Assembly (NCBI GenBank): GCA_022641095.1
Contig: JALCDB010000004.1
Coordinates: forward strand, 28,773-92,772
DNA: 64,000 nt
Direction of reading: 5' to 3'
Origin: Bacilli bacterium
Lineage (GTDB): Bacteria; Bacillota_I; Bacilli_A; RFN20; CAG-826
This document shows, one piece after another, positions 31,529 through 40,527 of the stretch. Position 1 is the first letter of the stretch, and each line of letters begins with the position of its first letter. The notes beneath the pieces are model-generated. The model saw only the letters and a program-made list of their open reading frames with translations. It was not told the origin of the DNA and did no database searches. A program made the position numbers and the translations under genes.

Positions 31529-32662
31529 TCAGTTGCCCGACTGGTAATTTGGCGAAAGGCTGTGCATGCTCATCCACATGGTACGCATGCCATAGAGGAA
31601 GAGGAAGAAGAAGAGCGAATACGAGTTGTTCAAGGCAAAACCGATGATTAGTGCGAGCAAAGCCGGCGCAAGCGCGGCCCAGTAAGCGATTTTTTGGGTT
31701 TGCCAAAAAGTGTAGATGCGATATGGGTTGCTCTTGCCACGGGTCATGAGGAACAGCATGAGGCCCATTAAGAAGACGAGAGCGACGTCGATGGCCCAAG
31801 CGATGCCGGTTCCAACCCAACCGTTCATGTAGATGGTACTGTTATAGGAATAGGTCATGAACTTGACCCACGCCGCTTTGGCCTGGCTGTAATAAGAGCC
31901 GTAGGTACTTTCGGTGAAGTCGTCGGCGGTGACCGTGAAGGCTTTGCCATCCGGATCTTGCTTGGTCATGTCCTTAAGGCTGAAGGACTCCCCAAAACCG
32001 TCGTATTTGCCAATCAAAGCGGCCTTTGCGCTTGAAGAGCCCGATGGTTTCTCGACAAGATAGAACTCGTTGATGCCGAGGAAGAGGGTACTTACGGAAT
32101 AAGTTTCGTTTCCATTGGCGTCCGATCCGCCGAGGATGGTTTTGAAAGTCGATTGGAAAGTTTCGTTAAGCGAAGGGATGTAATAGACCGAGAAACGGAC
32201 TTCGGTTACGGTTTCCTTGCCATATGTAGTCGCGGTGGTACCATCGCTGTTCTCGCTTGTGGTGACCGTCTCCTTCTCATAAGTGGCGATGTAATTGAAT
32301 GTGTTCGATAAGTTTTTGTAGGCGTCGTTCCAGCCGTTGACGGAGAGGGTGTCGGTATCCGCGTCGATATGGATGTCGGTGAGCGCGGTTTGCTTGGCCG
32401 CGTCTTCCGCGAAGGCGATTAAGCCCTCATTGATGCCATAGGTCGGCTCGTTCAAGATGTCGCCGCCTTTGGTTTTCCAGTTGTAGTAACTATAAGGGGA
32501 TACGGCTATCATGATGCTGATAAGGAACACGATGATGGCGCTCCACCAATGGCTCTCGCGTTTATCGACGCAAGCGTCGTTGCTGATAAGGGTTCTTAGA
32601 AAGCTTTTCGTGGCTGTCCAGATTTTTTTGGCCGAATTTTTGTTTTTCTTGTTTTTTGACAT
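31529..32662 (-). CDS. membrane protein (377 aa), unknown function
   Basis: A Lys-rich N-terminus is followed by one TM, a roughly 200-aa extracytoplasmic domain and four C-terminal TM helices. Confidence 0.6.
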   Translation of the reverse strand: MSKNKKNKNSAKKIWTATKSFLRTLISNDACVDKRESHWWSAIIVFLISIMIAVSPYSYYNWKTKGGDILNEPTYGINEGLIAFAEDAAKQTALTDIHIDADTDTLSVNGWNDAYKNLSNTFNYIATYEKETVTTSENSDGTTATTYGKETVTEVRFSVYYIPSLNETFQSTFKTILGGSDANGNETYSVSTLFLGINEFYLVEKPSGSSSAKAALIGKYDGFGESFSLKDMTKQDPDGKAFTVTADDFTESTYGSYYSQAKAAWVKFMTYSYNSTIYMNGWVGTGIAWAIDVALVFLMGLMLFLMTRGKSNPYRIYTFWQTQKIAYWAALAPALLALIIGFALNNSYSLFFFLFLYGMRTMWMSMHSLSPNYQSGN

Positions 32663-32784
32663 GTGGTTTCTCTTTGCTTAGGCAAAGAAACTCTATTACA
32701 AACTCGCCCAACTAGCAAAGGAAAGCGGACCCCATCACCCCACTAAGGCCCTTTTCTTTATTTCTTGGCTCTTTTTGTCTTGTT

Positions 32785-32812
32785 TTGACATTGGCCTCGT
32801 TTCGTCTATAAT
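32785..32812 (+). promoter_or_regulatory. near-consensus promoter of ssrA
   Basis: TTGACA, a 16-nt spacer, then TATAAT. It lies about 33 nt upstream of the mature tmRNA 5-prime end. Confidence 0.65.
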
Positions 32813-32844
32813 GCCTTTGCCTAACACTAATTAGGCATCGCTCT

Positions 32845-33243
32845 GGGGTCGTCCTGGTTTTGACGGGGAAATGACTCGGCTTTGACTGCAGTGGCGCGGT
32901 GAGCTTAAACACCAAACCAAAATAACTGATAACAGTTATGCTTATAGGAACGTTAACCACGTCTCCTATGCTTGCGCCTAATTAGGTAACCTACGGATTC
33001 CTTCCCTTCGCGGAAGGGCAGCACGTCCTCGATCCGATTCGTGTCTCTCGGGTCCTTCGGGCGTCATATCAAGACACTAAGCGGCGGTTCTTGGCTAAGG
33101 GCTTCCGACGAAAACGCGTTAGCCTCGCCATGGGGACTTGACTGTGTCTTGCCCCGTGGTCAAATTCGATGCAGTCTAAACTGTAGGCGTCATTGATGAG
33201 TCTTCTTCGGACAGGGGTTCGATTCCCCTCGACTCCACCACCA
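32845..33243 (+). ncRNA. ssrA: transfer-messenger RNA (tmRNA)
   Basis: The 5-prime end GGGGUCGUCCUGGUUUUGACGGGG and the 3-prime T-arm and acceptor GGGGUUCGAUUCCCCUCGACUCCACCA match tmRNA. An internal tag frame reads gat aac agt ... tat gct tgc gcc TAA, preceded by aaauaacu as in the Bacillus tmRNA. Confidence 0.93.
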
Positions 33244-33244
33244 A
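33225..33244 (+). repeat. attL core (cccctcgactccaccaccaa), part of the ssrA 3-prime end
   Basis: An identical 20-mer occurs at 46253-46272. Confidence 0.9.
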
Positions 33245-33252
33245 ATCAAAAA

Positions 33253-33276
33253 AGCCTAGACAAAATCTAGGCTTTT
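33253..33276 (+). terminator. ssrA terminator (element-borne copy)
   Basis: The stem agcctaga-caaaa-tctaggct is followed by ttt. Confidence 0.7.
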
Positions 33277-33319
33277 CTTAATTCATAACCGATTTTTTGA
33301 CAACACTTTTGACAACAAA

Positions 33320-34411
33320 TCATTTTTGCTTATTAAACGACAAATCTTTAGGATCGGTGGCCCAAAAATCGGAAATGACGGTTTTCTCGTCGGGAAGGAG
33401 ATCGGCGTAATACTTTTGAGTGGTGGCTTCGGAAGCGTGGCCAAGCCATCTTGACACATAGCGGGTGGAAACGCCGTGAGAGATAAGAGCGACGGAACAG
33501 GAATCGCGGAACTCATGGTTCTTGATGGCGGGAAGCCCGGCGGCTTCCGCGTACCTCTTCCTAAGCCGGTCAACCTCGGTTTGGCCCAAAAGCCTGTGGC
33601 GATAAAACGCGGAAGGAAAAAGGAACCCGTCGCCATGGGGATATTCCTTCAAAAGGGCCTGGACCTGCGGAACGGGAGGCAAACGGCGGATTGACGAGGA
33701 CGTCTTCGGGGTGGTGATGATCTGATGGCCTTCCGAGTTTTTTGCGTTAAGGCCGCGGGAAACGGAAAGCCAGCCGCCCTTGAAGTCAGAGCCCTTCAAA
33801 GCTAGGGCCTCCGAAATCCGAAGACCGTAATAAAAGAGAACCCCGAACAAAAGGCGGTCGCGCGGGCTGGCGATCGCCGACATGAAAACACGGAACTGGC
33901 CGATGGTGTAGAAGTGATAGACGTGAGGGGCCGGAACGTCTTTCTTGAAAGCGAAAACCCTCTCATAATCAAGAATCGCGTTATAGCGCTTCAAAAATTT
34001 AACCCAATGGCGGGAAACGGAAACAGCGCGACCCATGGATTTATTGCCACACCTGTTGAGCTTCAAATTGAAAACGTCAAGGAAGTTATTGTCCAACTTA
34101 TAAACATCAACACCACTAAAAACAGGAGCAATATAGCGAAGAAAGAACTTCCGGAAACCATAAACGGTCGAACCCTTCAAAGTCTCGAAAAGAGAACCGA
34201 AATAAACCCCGTAAAGATCATCGCAAAGAATAGGCTTAGCAAAAGCCGAAGACTTGCCGGAAAGAGAAGCGACGAAAACGGGCTCAAACGAAAGCGCAGC
34301 CTTCCTAGTCAAAAAAGGGCGTTCCGAAGTCGAATAGCAGTAAAAAAGCTTTCCTTTCCAGGAGTAACGGATAAACCAACTCTTCCGAGACTTTGAATAA
34401 TAAACGGCCAT
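33320..34411 (-). CDS. int: tyrosine recombinase / integrase
   Basis: 363 aa. Box I is GLRISEALAL. The C-terminus HEFRDSCSVALISHG...WLGHAS...TQKYY carries the H-x-x-R, GH and catalytic Tyr pattern. The gene is adjacent to attL. Confidence 0.9.
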   Translation of the reverse strand: MAVYYSKSRKSWFIRYSWKGKLFYCYSTSERPFLTRKAALSFEPVFVASLSGKSSAFAKPILCDDLYGVYFGSLFETLKGSTVYGFRKFFLRYIAPVFSGVDVYKLDNNFLDVFNLKLNRCGNKSMGRAVSVSRHWVKFLKRYNAILDYERVFAFKKDVPAPHVYHFYTIGQFRVFMSAIASPRDRLLFGVLFYYGLRISEALALKGSDFKGGWLSVSRGLNAKNSEGHQIITTPKTSSSIRRLPPVPQVQALLKEYPHGDGFLFPSAFYRHRLLGQTEVDRLRKRYAEAAGLPAIKNHEFRDSCSVALISHGVSTRYVSRWLGHASEATTQKYYADLLPDEKTVISDFWATDPKDLSFNKQK

Positions 34412-34503
34412 GAGACGCCTCCCTCTTTGAAAAACGGAAAAGAAATGCGATAATATAAATATCCAGTTGGCTAAGCGCGGCGACGCCGCGTGCGACTGGC
34501 TTT

Positions 34504-35742
34504 TTATTTGCCTTTTCCCGTCTTGGCTATCAACTTATCTTCAATGAACCGCATGACGGCATCGACGATGCCGCGAGGGGTATCGGTCGCGAACAGAGAC
34601 TTCCCGCCCCCATCGATGCCAACCATCATAAGACTTTGGATTTTGCCTTCGACATAAAGGCCATAAATCCGAAACGGAACATCGTCAAAGCCGTTCTTGC
34701 CGAAATAAAAGGTCTCCTCGGTGAGAAGGGACAAACCGTCTTGGCCAACCTCGGCATCACGATTAAGAAGGAAGAAAACCGGATCGCCTTTGTCCGCGCC
34801 GTCGAGGATCCTCTCCTTCGAGACGGACTCGAGTTTCTTCACTAAAGACAGATCGTACCAAACCTTCCAAGCGGGAACCTTCGCGGAGGCGGATTCAACG
34901 GAACCCCTTTTCGAGACGGCCTTCCCATCCTCGCGCTCCCTGAGCTTCTTGCGGAGGAAAGCGGCGAGCTTCCCGGAAAGGAGGGAGGGGGTCTTCGCCG
35001 ACTCGTAGACGTACAGGCTTTTCTTGCCAACCCAGAAAATGCCGTGGCAGGCGAACTCCTTCTTGGCCTTGTCGAAGCAAACGTCGAAACTCACCTTGAC
35101 CAATCCGGCGTCCGAGGAGAAGGATCCGGAGACTGTCTTGGAGCCCTCGGAACCGTAATGATCCTTCGGCGTTTCGGAAAGCGCGGGCGCGGCGAGAAAC
35201 GAACCGCAAAGAAGGAAAGCCCGCCCAAGGTACTCGTCGAAGCTTTTGGACTCAGCCTTAACCTTGTCGAGAAGCTTCTGGTCCCGGATCGCCTGAACGG
35301 TCATGTCGGGCCTGTAACCATCGATGCCGTCCTTTACGGGCAAAAGCTCGACGAGCTGCGTGAAGGAGTAATCCTTGTACTTCCCGCCCCAGGAAAGCCC
35401 CTTGCCGAACCTCTCGAAGACGGAGATGAAATTCTTGGTGCTCGTGCGTTTGAAGCCCAAGACCTTCTCGGAATAGTCATAGATGTCAGCATAGCCGCAG
35501 GCGGCGAGAACCCCCTTGTCATCGCGGAGGGCGGCGAGCTCCCGGCCGATATCGACGAAGCAGGAGGCGACTTGACGAGAGGCGGAAACAAGCCGCTGCG
35601 TGTGCTCGCCCAACTTAGTGGTCATATCCAAAAGAGATCTATCAGGAGCGACGAGAGCCCGGTCAGTCAACTGACCAACGGGCCTGCTTTCGACGACGAC
35701 GGGCGAAGCGGCTTTGGCAACCGCCTTTGCAACTTTTTTCAT
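34504..35742 (-). CDS. hypothetical protein (412 aa), element-encoded
   Basis: The ATG has a good context and the gene is tightly packed behind the upstream gene. The N-terminal third loosely resembles DUF3102/KorB-like helical regions. No firm motif was found. Confidence 0.55.
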   Translation of the reverse strand: MKKVAKAVAKAASPVVVESRPVGQLTDRALVAPDRSLLDMTTKLGEHTQRLVSASRQVASCFVDIGRELAALRDDKGVLAACGYADIYDYSEKVLGFKRTSTKNFISVFERFGKGLSWGGKYKDYSFTQLVELLPVKDGIDGYRPDMTVQAIRDQKLLDKVKAESKSFDEYLGRAFLLCGSFLAAPALSETPKDHYGSEGSKTVSGSFSSDAGLVKVSFDVCFDKAKKEFACHGIFWVGKKSLYVYESAKTPSLLSGKLAAFLRKKLREREDGKAVSKRGSVESASAKVPAWKVWYDLSLVKKLESVSKERILDGADKGDPVFFLLNRDAEVGQDGLSLLTEETFYFGKNGFDDVPFRIYGLYVEGKIQSLMMVGIDGGGKSLFATDTPRGIVDAVMRFIEDKLIAKTGKGK

Positions 35743-35746
35743 TTTG

Positions 35747-36397
35747 CTATTTTCCTTTATTTGTTTTTTCCGAATCTAAAGAGACATCAACTCTAGTAAT
35801 CCTCAAATCCGCAAAACGCTTATTCGCTTCCTCATCTTTCTTAAAAAAGCCGGACCAACGGCGGTAATCCCAGGAATAGAAACGGCCGGGAAAGGAGCAA
35901 ACAAATTCGCCGGAAGCCCTGCAAAGCCCCATGCGATGATCCGCGTAAAAAAAGAACAGCCGATCACCCTTTCGAACCTGAACGACGTCCAGTCCGTCGG
36001 GCTCCTCGCCGGCCACCTCCGAATAATCGGCAAGAACCAAACCGGCCGGATCCCGGAAATCTCGATAGAAATCGGCGACGGCGACAATGACAACGAACGA
36101 TGAACGGAAAACCTTTGCGAAATAAGTTTTTCTGACGACGTCGGACGCAGAGCGAAAAAGGTCTTTCTCTCTCTCTATGTCACGCGGAGTCTTCCCAAGG
36201 GAAAAACCGGCAAAAACAATCTCCTCGTAACGGTCAAAGCCGAGATCATCAAGGTTCTCGGTGCCGGAATAGTAATCAAGCAAGACCTTTTGGGCCTCTT
36301 TGATTCCCTTATAAAAAAGAGAAACGAAGAAAGTAAAAAACAAAAACAAAAACAAAACGCAATCGAAGACCAGCTGAACGACCTCAAACACATTCAT
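35747..36397 (-). CDS. hypothetical membrane-anchored protein (216 aa)
   Basis: The N-terminal TM helix is VFDCVLFLFLFFTFFVSLF and the RBS aaggaggg is upstream. Confidence 0.55.
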   Translation of the reverse strand: MNVFEVVQLVFDCVLFLFLFFTFFVSLFYKGIKEAQKVLLDYYSGTENLDDLGFDRYEEIVFAGFSLGKTPRDIEREKDLFRSASDVVRKTYFAKVFRSSFVVIVAVADFYRDFRDPAGLVLADYSEVAGEEPDGLDVVQVRKGDRLFFFYADHRMGLCRASGEFVCSFPGRFYSWDYRRWSGFFKKDEEANKRFADLRITRVDVSLDSEKTNKGK

Positions 36398-36491
36398 AAT
36401 TTACCCTCCTTGGATAAAAACTTTTTGTTATCAAACATCAACATCGCGTCCAACAGCCTTTAACGGAGCTAACGAAACCAATCACATACCA

Positions 36492-37865
36492 TCAGTTCCC
36501 CTCCTTCCTTCCTTTGAAGGATTCCGAATCGTATTTAGCGGAACCAAGCTTCAAGGCTTGCTTCCCGAAAAGGCTCTCGACTTCGGCCGGAATATCACGG
36601 AAAACATCAAACCATCCGGAAGCGTTTTTAAGACACTCTTCCTTGCTCGAGTAAACGGGAAGACCCTTCTCTTTGCGATAGTTGTTAACAACGATAAGGT
36701 CCTTTGACCCAAAACGGGAGAAACCCGAATTAAGCAAATAAATAAAGGAAGCCTCGGCGTTTTCCGGAGAGGCAAAAGCAAAACGGGAAAGAGCTTTCCC
36801 GGCATCGCGATTCAACCATTTTGCGTTGGAGCTAACGGTGGATTCCGCGCGAACCTGGCAGATGATCTTATGGGAAGAAACGCCCTTCAGGAACCGCTCC
36901 CACGGCCTCCAGACGGGATAACGCGACAAATGAGCCCGATCCGGATTACTAGAAAGAGAACGAAACGAAACGATACCGCCAAGCAAACCGGCGGCGAAGG
37001 CCGGAAACCGGTTCTCTTTCAGAGCCGCGGAAACCTCCGGAGCGCAAGCGACGGCATACCGGTCGTGATAACGCAACTCCCAACGGGTCCACGAAGGAAT
37101 GTCAACGACACAAGCCTTGGATTCGCGTTCCGCTTTCTTGTTATAAACGTTCAGCATCACGCAGGACTTGGACCCGATGTAATAGCTGACGGACTCGCCT
37201 ATGCCCTGCTTCTCGACGAGGGGGTCCTCAAGGGTCCCGTCGCGACCGCGGGAACGCAAAGAAGAAAGATAAGAACGGGATTCGATCTTCTTGATGACAC
37301 CGGAATAGGGAACGCGACCAGAGAAATCATCAACGGCAACGTCAATACGGGTGACATGGCCGCCGAAAAGCAAAGCCGTATCTATAACCAAGGCCCATTG
37401 CAAAGCGGTTGCCTTATCAAGCTCGGATTCAGGGACCCCTTCCGAATGCATTTCCAAATACCGATCAACAAACCGCCGCTCAAACGCGCGGCAACCAGAA
37501 CCGGAGACCTCAATAATCCACGTATGAGAAGAAGACAGACTAGCATTGCGGTCACCGCCCCATATCACGCAGGTTTCCTCATCGTAAAACCTCTTAGTCG
37601 TGTAGCCGTAACGGCCCTTTTCGTCGTCCACTTCGGCCCCGAAATCGAGGCAAAGCGGACCCGCGAGGTTTTTTGCAACTTCACAATCGGGCGAAAAGTC
37701 CCCGTCAAACCTGATAGTTAGATAGTCAATTAGCGTATTGAAATGTGGAGAACTACGGGGGGTGTTACCTACCCCCCGCGCGTGTGCGCCCGCACGCTGA
37801 TCCACGGAAACGGCTTCATTAGTGGCAACGACCTCGGAGGCCCGGGCGATCCCTTTCCCGCTCAT
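36492..37865 (-). CDS. rolling-circle replication initiator / relaxase of the Rep_trans family
   Basis: 457 aa. The motifs HVTRIDVAVDDF, YYIGSKSCVMLNVYNKKAE and WTRWELRYHD match the conserved blocks of pT181 RepC, CTXphi RstA and Tn916 Orf20-type proteins. The start overlaps the upstream stop as ATGA. Confidence 0.8.
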   Translation of the reverse strand: MSGKGIARASEVVATNEAVSVDQRAGAHARGVGNTPRSSPHFNTLIDYLTIRFDGDFSPDCEVAKNLAGPLCLDFGAEVDDEKGRYGYTTKRFYDEETCVIWGGDRNASLSSSHTWIIEVSGSGCRAFERRFVDRYLEMHSEGVPESELDKATALQWALVIDTALLFGGHVTRIDVAVDDFSGRVPYSGVIKKIESRSYLSSLRSRGRDGTLEDPLVEKQGIGESVSYYIGSKSCVMLNVYNKKAERESKACVVDIPSWTRWELRYHDRYAVACAPEVSAALKENRFPAFAAGLLGGIVSFRSLSSNPDRAHLSRYPVWRPWERFLKGVSSHKIICQVRAESTVSSNAKWLNRDAGKALSRFAFASPENAEASFIYLLNSGFSRFGSKDLIVVNNYRKEKGLPVYSSKEECLKNASGWFDVFRDIPAEVESLFGKQALKLGSAKYDSESFKGRKEGN

Positions 37866-40138
37866 CGGCCAAACCTCCTTCCACCACCGACGGAGGCACG
37901 GCCCTTTGCCGAACGTGCAGGCCGCCCGGCCTTTGCACGTCCGGCTATACGGGCCTTAGCGCCCAAAACGCTGCTTGCAGAGGAAGAAAGACGGTTTGCC
38001 GACAAATCGGCCACAACGTAGCTTCCCTGGGCTTCCCATTCGGCTCTAGTGTTTTCGACACCGGAGAACTTAGGCAATTCATTAAAGCCGCAAACAGCGA
38101 GGTTTTTCCCATCGTTCAAGAATCCGCTCATGCAGTTTGACTGATAACGATCGGAATAAGCCAAGAAGTAAGGAGCGTAGAAATCAACCTCGTCACCTTC
38201 GACCAAATCGCCGGAAGACGTGCAGGAAGCGGATTTAAGGCCGATTTTGTCATAACCATAACGATTGCGAACGAAATCAGAAACGGCGGAAGCATAGAAA
38301 GACAGGCGAGAAACGAGCCATGACAGCAACGTCGAATCCTCACGGGCAAAGCGGTAATTCCGATAGAAGCGGTCGCAAAAGGCCAAAGCCTTCTCAATGA
38401 TGACCGGCTCGATCCACCAAAACGGAACCGCGTTCCTTTCGGAGATGTTCTTAGGATCAACCGTGAAAATGCTCTGGGCAACACTAACGTCAGTCAAACT
38501 CAAAGCACCGGAATACTGCATATCCCCGAAAATCTTAAAGAAATTGACATTATCAATCGAAGCGATGTGGCCACCCAATTTGATGGAATAGCCGAAAAAA
38601 TCATTTTTTGGGTTGGCCACATCGTCGGAAACCTTCAAAGAAGAATTAGAATCGCGGTTGCCGCGTTCCTTGTCCTCTTCCGTAATGACATAAACGCCAG
38701 GCCCCGCAGAGGCGTTGAAAGCGTTGTTGGGATCGACGCGCAAACCAAGACGAAGCGAATCAAACCGGATAATGTGGGAGAAAGTGGAAAAACCCAGCAT
38801 ATCCCGGTTATCACGATGGAAAATATCGTCATTCCACAAGAACAAATGGCCTTGATCCATCCTGATTTCATCAGTACGAATAGAATAGTTTGAAGAGATG
38901 TAGGTATCGTAACGCGCATAAACGTAATAAGCCTGGGCATAGCATTTCAGCGCATGGGCGAGAGTGACGATTTTGCACCCATCGTAATAAGTGACCCTTT
39001 CGCTTCCGAGGTCGTAATGATAATGACGAAACCGAAAATACCTATAGATCAGACCGGCAAAAGAGCCGGCTTGCTCGATATTGAAAATCCTTCGACGATG
39101 GCCAGGACTCCAAGAAGAATACCAAAGGATCTCATTCTCGAACGCCTGCCAAGGAAAATCCGGAAACATCCTGGAATACTTCCGCATGATCCGATAGGAA
39201 TCTTGCCTATCGTTAAGACTTTGGAAAATAGCGAACAAAGTCATGAGCTTCGTCTTGCCGGCCCTCATCTTGCCCAGGATCAAGGTGAAAACGCCCGTGC
39301 AGGCCCTTAGGACGGCCTGACAAGCCGGAATGAGCCTTCGGGTTATGAACCTGTCGGCGCGGCGGAAGCAAAGCCAACGGAACGCAAAATAGCCGAGAAT
39401 GAGAAGCAGCCAAGCAGGAAGGAAAGACAACGAGAAGAAGAAACTCGTCAGAGTGGCCAAGACGAAATCGGCCAGGGAGAGAAGATCCATCGAGGCGAAG
39501 AAATAGAAGAAAAGCCCCACGAAATCCAAAACGTAGGAATAGGCGTTAAGGCCGTACAAAAGGAACAAGACAAGAGGCAAGCCCCAAAACGAGCGGAAAA
39601 GCCAGCCAACATAGCCAGAAACGCGTTTCAGGGCCTTCCCGACGAAGCCAAGGCCGGCCTTGAAACGGACGAGCTCTCGCGAACTAGCGAACCAAGGCAA
39701 GCCGGATTCCTCATAGTAAGAGCCAAGCAAAAGCTTCCCGATGAGCAAGGCGACGACCAAAAGCATAAGAAGCCTAACGACAAAATAGAGAAAAGAGGAT
39801 CCGCTAACCAAAAACCCCAAGAATTGCCCCTTGGTAAACAAAAGCCGGAAATAAACCAGAACGGAGGAAAAAAACGCCTTGGGATCGGGCGAGGCGATCC
39901 ACGACGGCAGCTCGCCCATGGAGGTTACATAGGAAAGCAAATAAGGAGAAGACGGTTTCCGGCCAAAGAACAGGGTAACGAAAGAGAAAAGCCTCTCAAT
40001 GAGAACAATGAAAGAAGAAAGCAGTCTAGGAAAAGCCCACGGTTCTACGAACACGACGAAAGCGAACGCGCCGCAGAAAATAAGAACGGCCAAGAAGTGC
40101 GGCCAAAGGACTTGAAGATAAGTGATAAACCTTTTCAT
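37862..40138 (-). CDS. polytopic membrane protein with cytoplasmic P-loop NTPase domain (Zot/pI-like or FtsK/TcpA-like)
   Basis: 758 aa. The N-terminal roughly 270 aa hold about 7 hydrophobic helices. Walker A is LILGKMRAGKT, a candidate Walker B is VYVITEED, and the C-terminal tail is Arg/Gly/Ala-rich. Confidence 0.65.
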   Translation of the reverse strand: MKRFITYLQVLWPHFLAVLIFCGAFAFVVFVEPWAFPRLLSSFIVLIERLFSFVTLFFGRKPSSPYLLSYVTSMGELPSWIASPDPKAFFSSVLVYFRLLFTKGQFLGFLVSGSSFLYFVVRLLMLLVVALLIGKLLLGSYYEESGLPWFASSRELVRFKAGLGFVGKALKRVSGYVGWLFRSFWGLPLVLFLLYGLNAYSYVLDFVGLFFYFFASMDLLSLADFVLATLTSFFFSLSFLPAWLLLILGYFAFRWLCFRRADRFITRRLIPACQAVLRACTGVFTLILGKMRAGKTKLMTLFAIFQSLNDRQDSYRIMRKYSRMFPDFPWQAFENEILWYSSWSPGHRRRIFNIEQAGSFAGLIYRYFRFRHYHYDLGSERVTYYDGCKIVTLAHALKCYAQAYYVYARYDTYISSNYSIRTDEIRMDQGHLFLWNDDIFHRDNRDMLGFSTFSHIIRFDSLRLGLRVDPNNAFNASAGPGVYVITEEDKERGNRDSNSSLKVSDDVANPKNDFFGYSIKLGGHIASIDNVNFFKIFGDMQYSGALSLTDVSVAQSIFTVDPKNISERNAVPFWWIEPVIIEKALAFCDRFYRNYRFAREDSTLLSWLVSRLSFYASAVSDFVRNRYGYDKIGLKSASCTSSGDLVEGDEVDFYAPYFLAYSDRYQSNCMSGFLNDGKNLAVCGFNELPKFSGVENTRAEWEAQGSYVVADLSANRLSSSASSVLGAKARIAGRAKAGRPARSAKGRASVGGGRRFGR

Positions 40139-40509
40139 CGTTCGACCCCTCTCTTGAACAAGTAGGAAAAGTCATAAAGGGAATAGAAATCGCCGTTGCC
40201 GAGAACGCGGATAACGAAATCCGTCTCGCCGTCGCAGTCCAAAGCTCCGGAGGAATACTCATAGGAGAAATCGAAGGAGACCTTCCCGGAAACGAGCCGG
40301 CCAGAAGAACCGTCGCGAATGAGGACGTAATGATCGGAAGCCGAAACATAAACGCCGGGCAAAGCATCGGCGGAGACGCCCGCGCCTTTTTCCAGAGACG
40401 CGCAGGCGGAAACGCAATAGACGGCGAAAACGGTTGTCAGGGCAACCGTCAAGACCTTCCAAAACCGGAAGGATTTGTTCGGATCGGAACTTCGGCCGAA
40501 ATGAAGCAT
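40135..40509 (-). CDS. small lipoprotein (124 aa)
   Basis: The signal and lipobox read TVFAVYCVSAC, and the RBS aggagg lies 6 nt upstream. An ATGA overlap links it to the NTPase gene. Confidence 0.65.
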   Translation of the reverse strand: MLHFGRSSDPNKSFRFWKVLTVALTTVFAVYCVSACASLEKGAGVSADALPGVYVSASDHYVLIRDGSSGRLVSGKVSFDFSYEYSSGALDCDGETDFVIRVLGNGDFYSLYDFSYLFKRGVER

Positions 40510-40527
40510 GAGACACCTCCTTTAGTG

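Noticed and set aside
32712-32960. An 82-aa ORF lies on the minus strand.
   Set aside because: It overlaps the ssrA promoter and the 5-prime third of the tmRNA, so the region is explained by the RNA gene.
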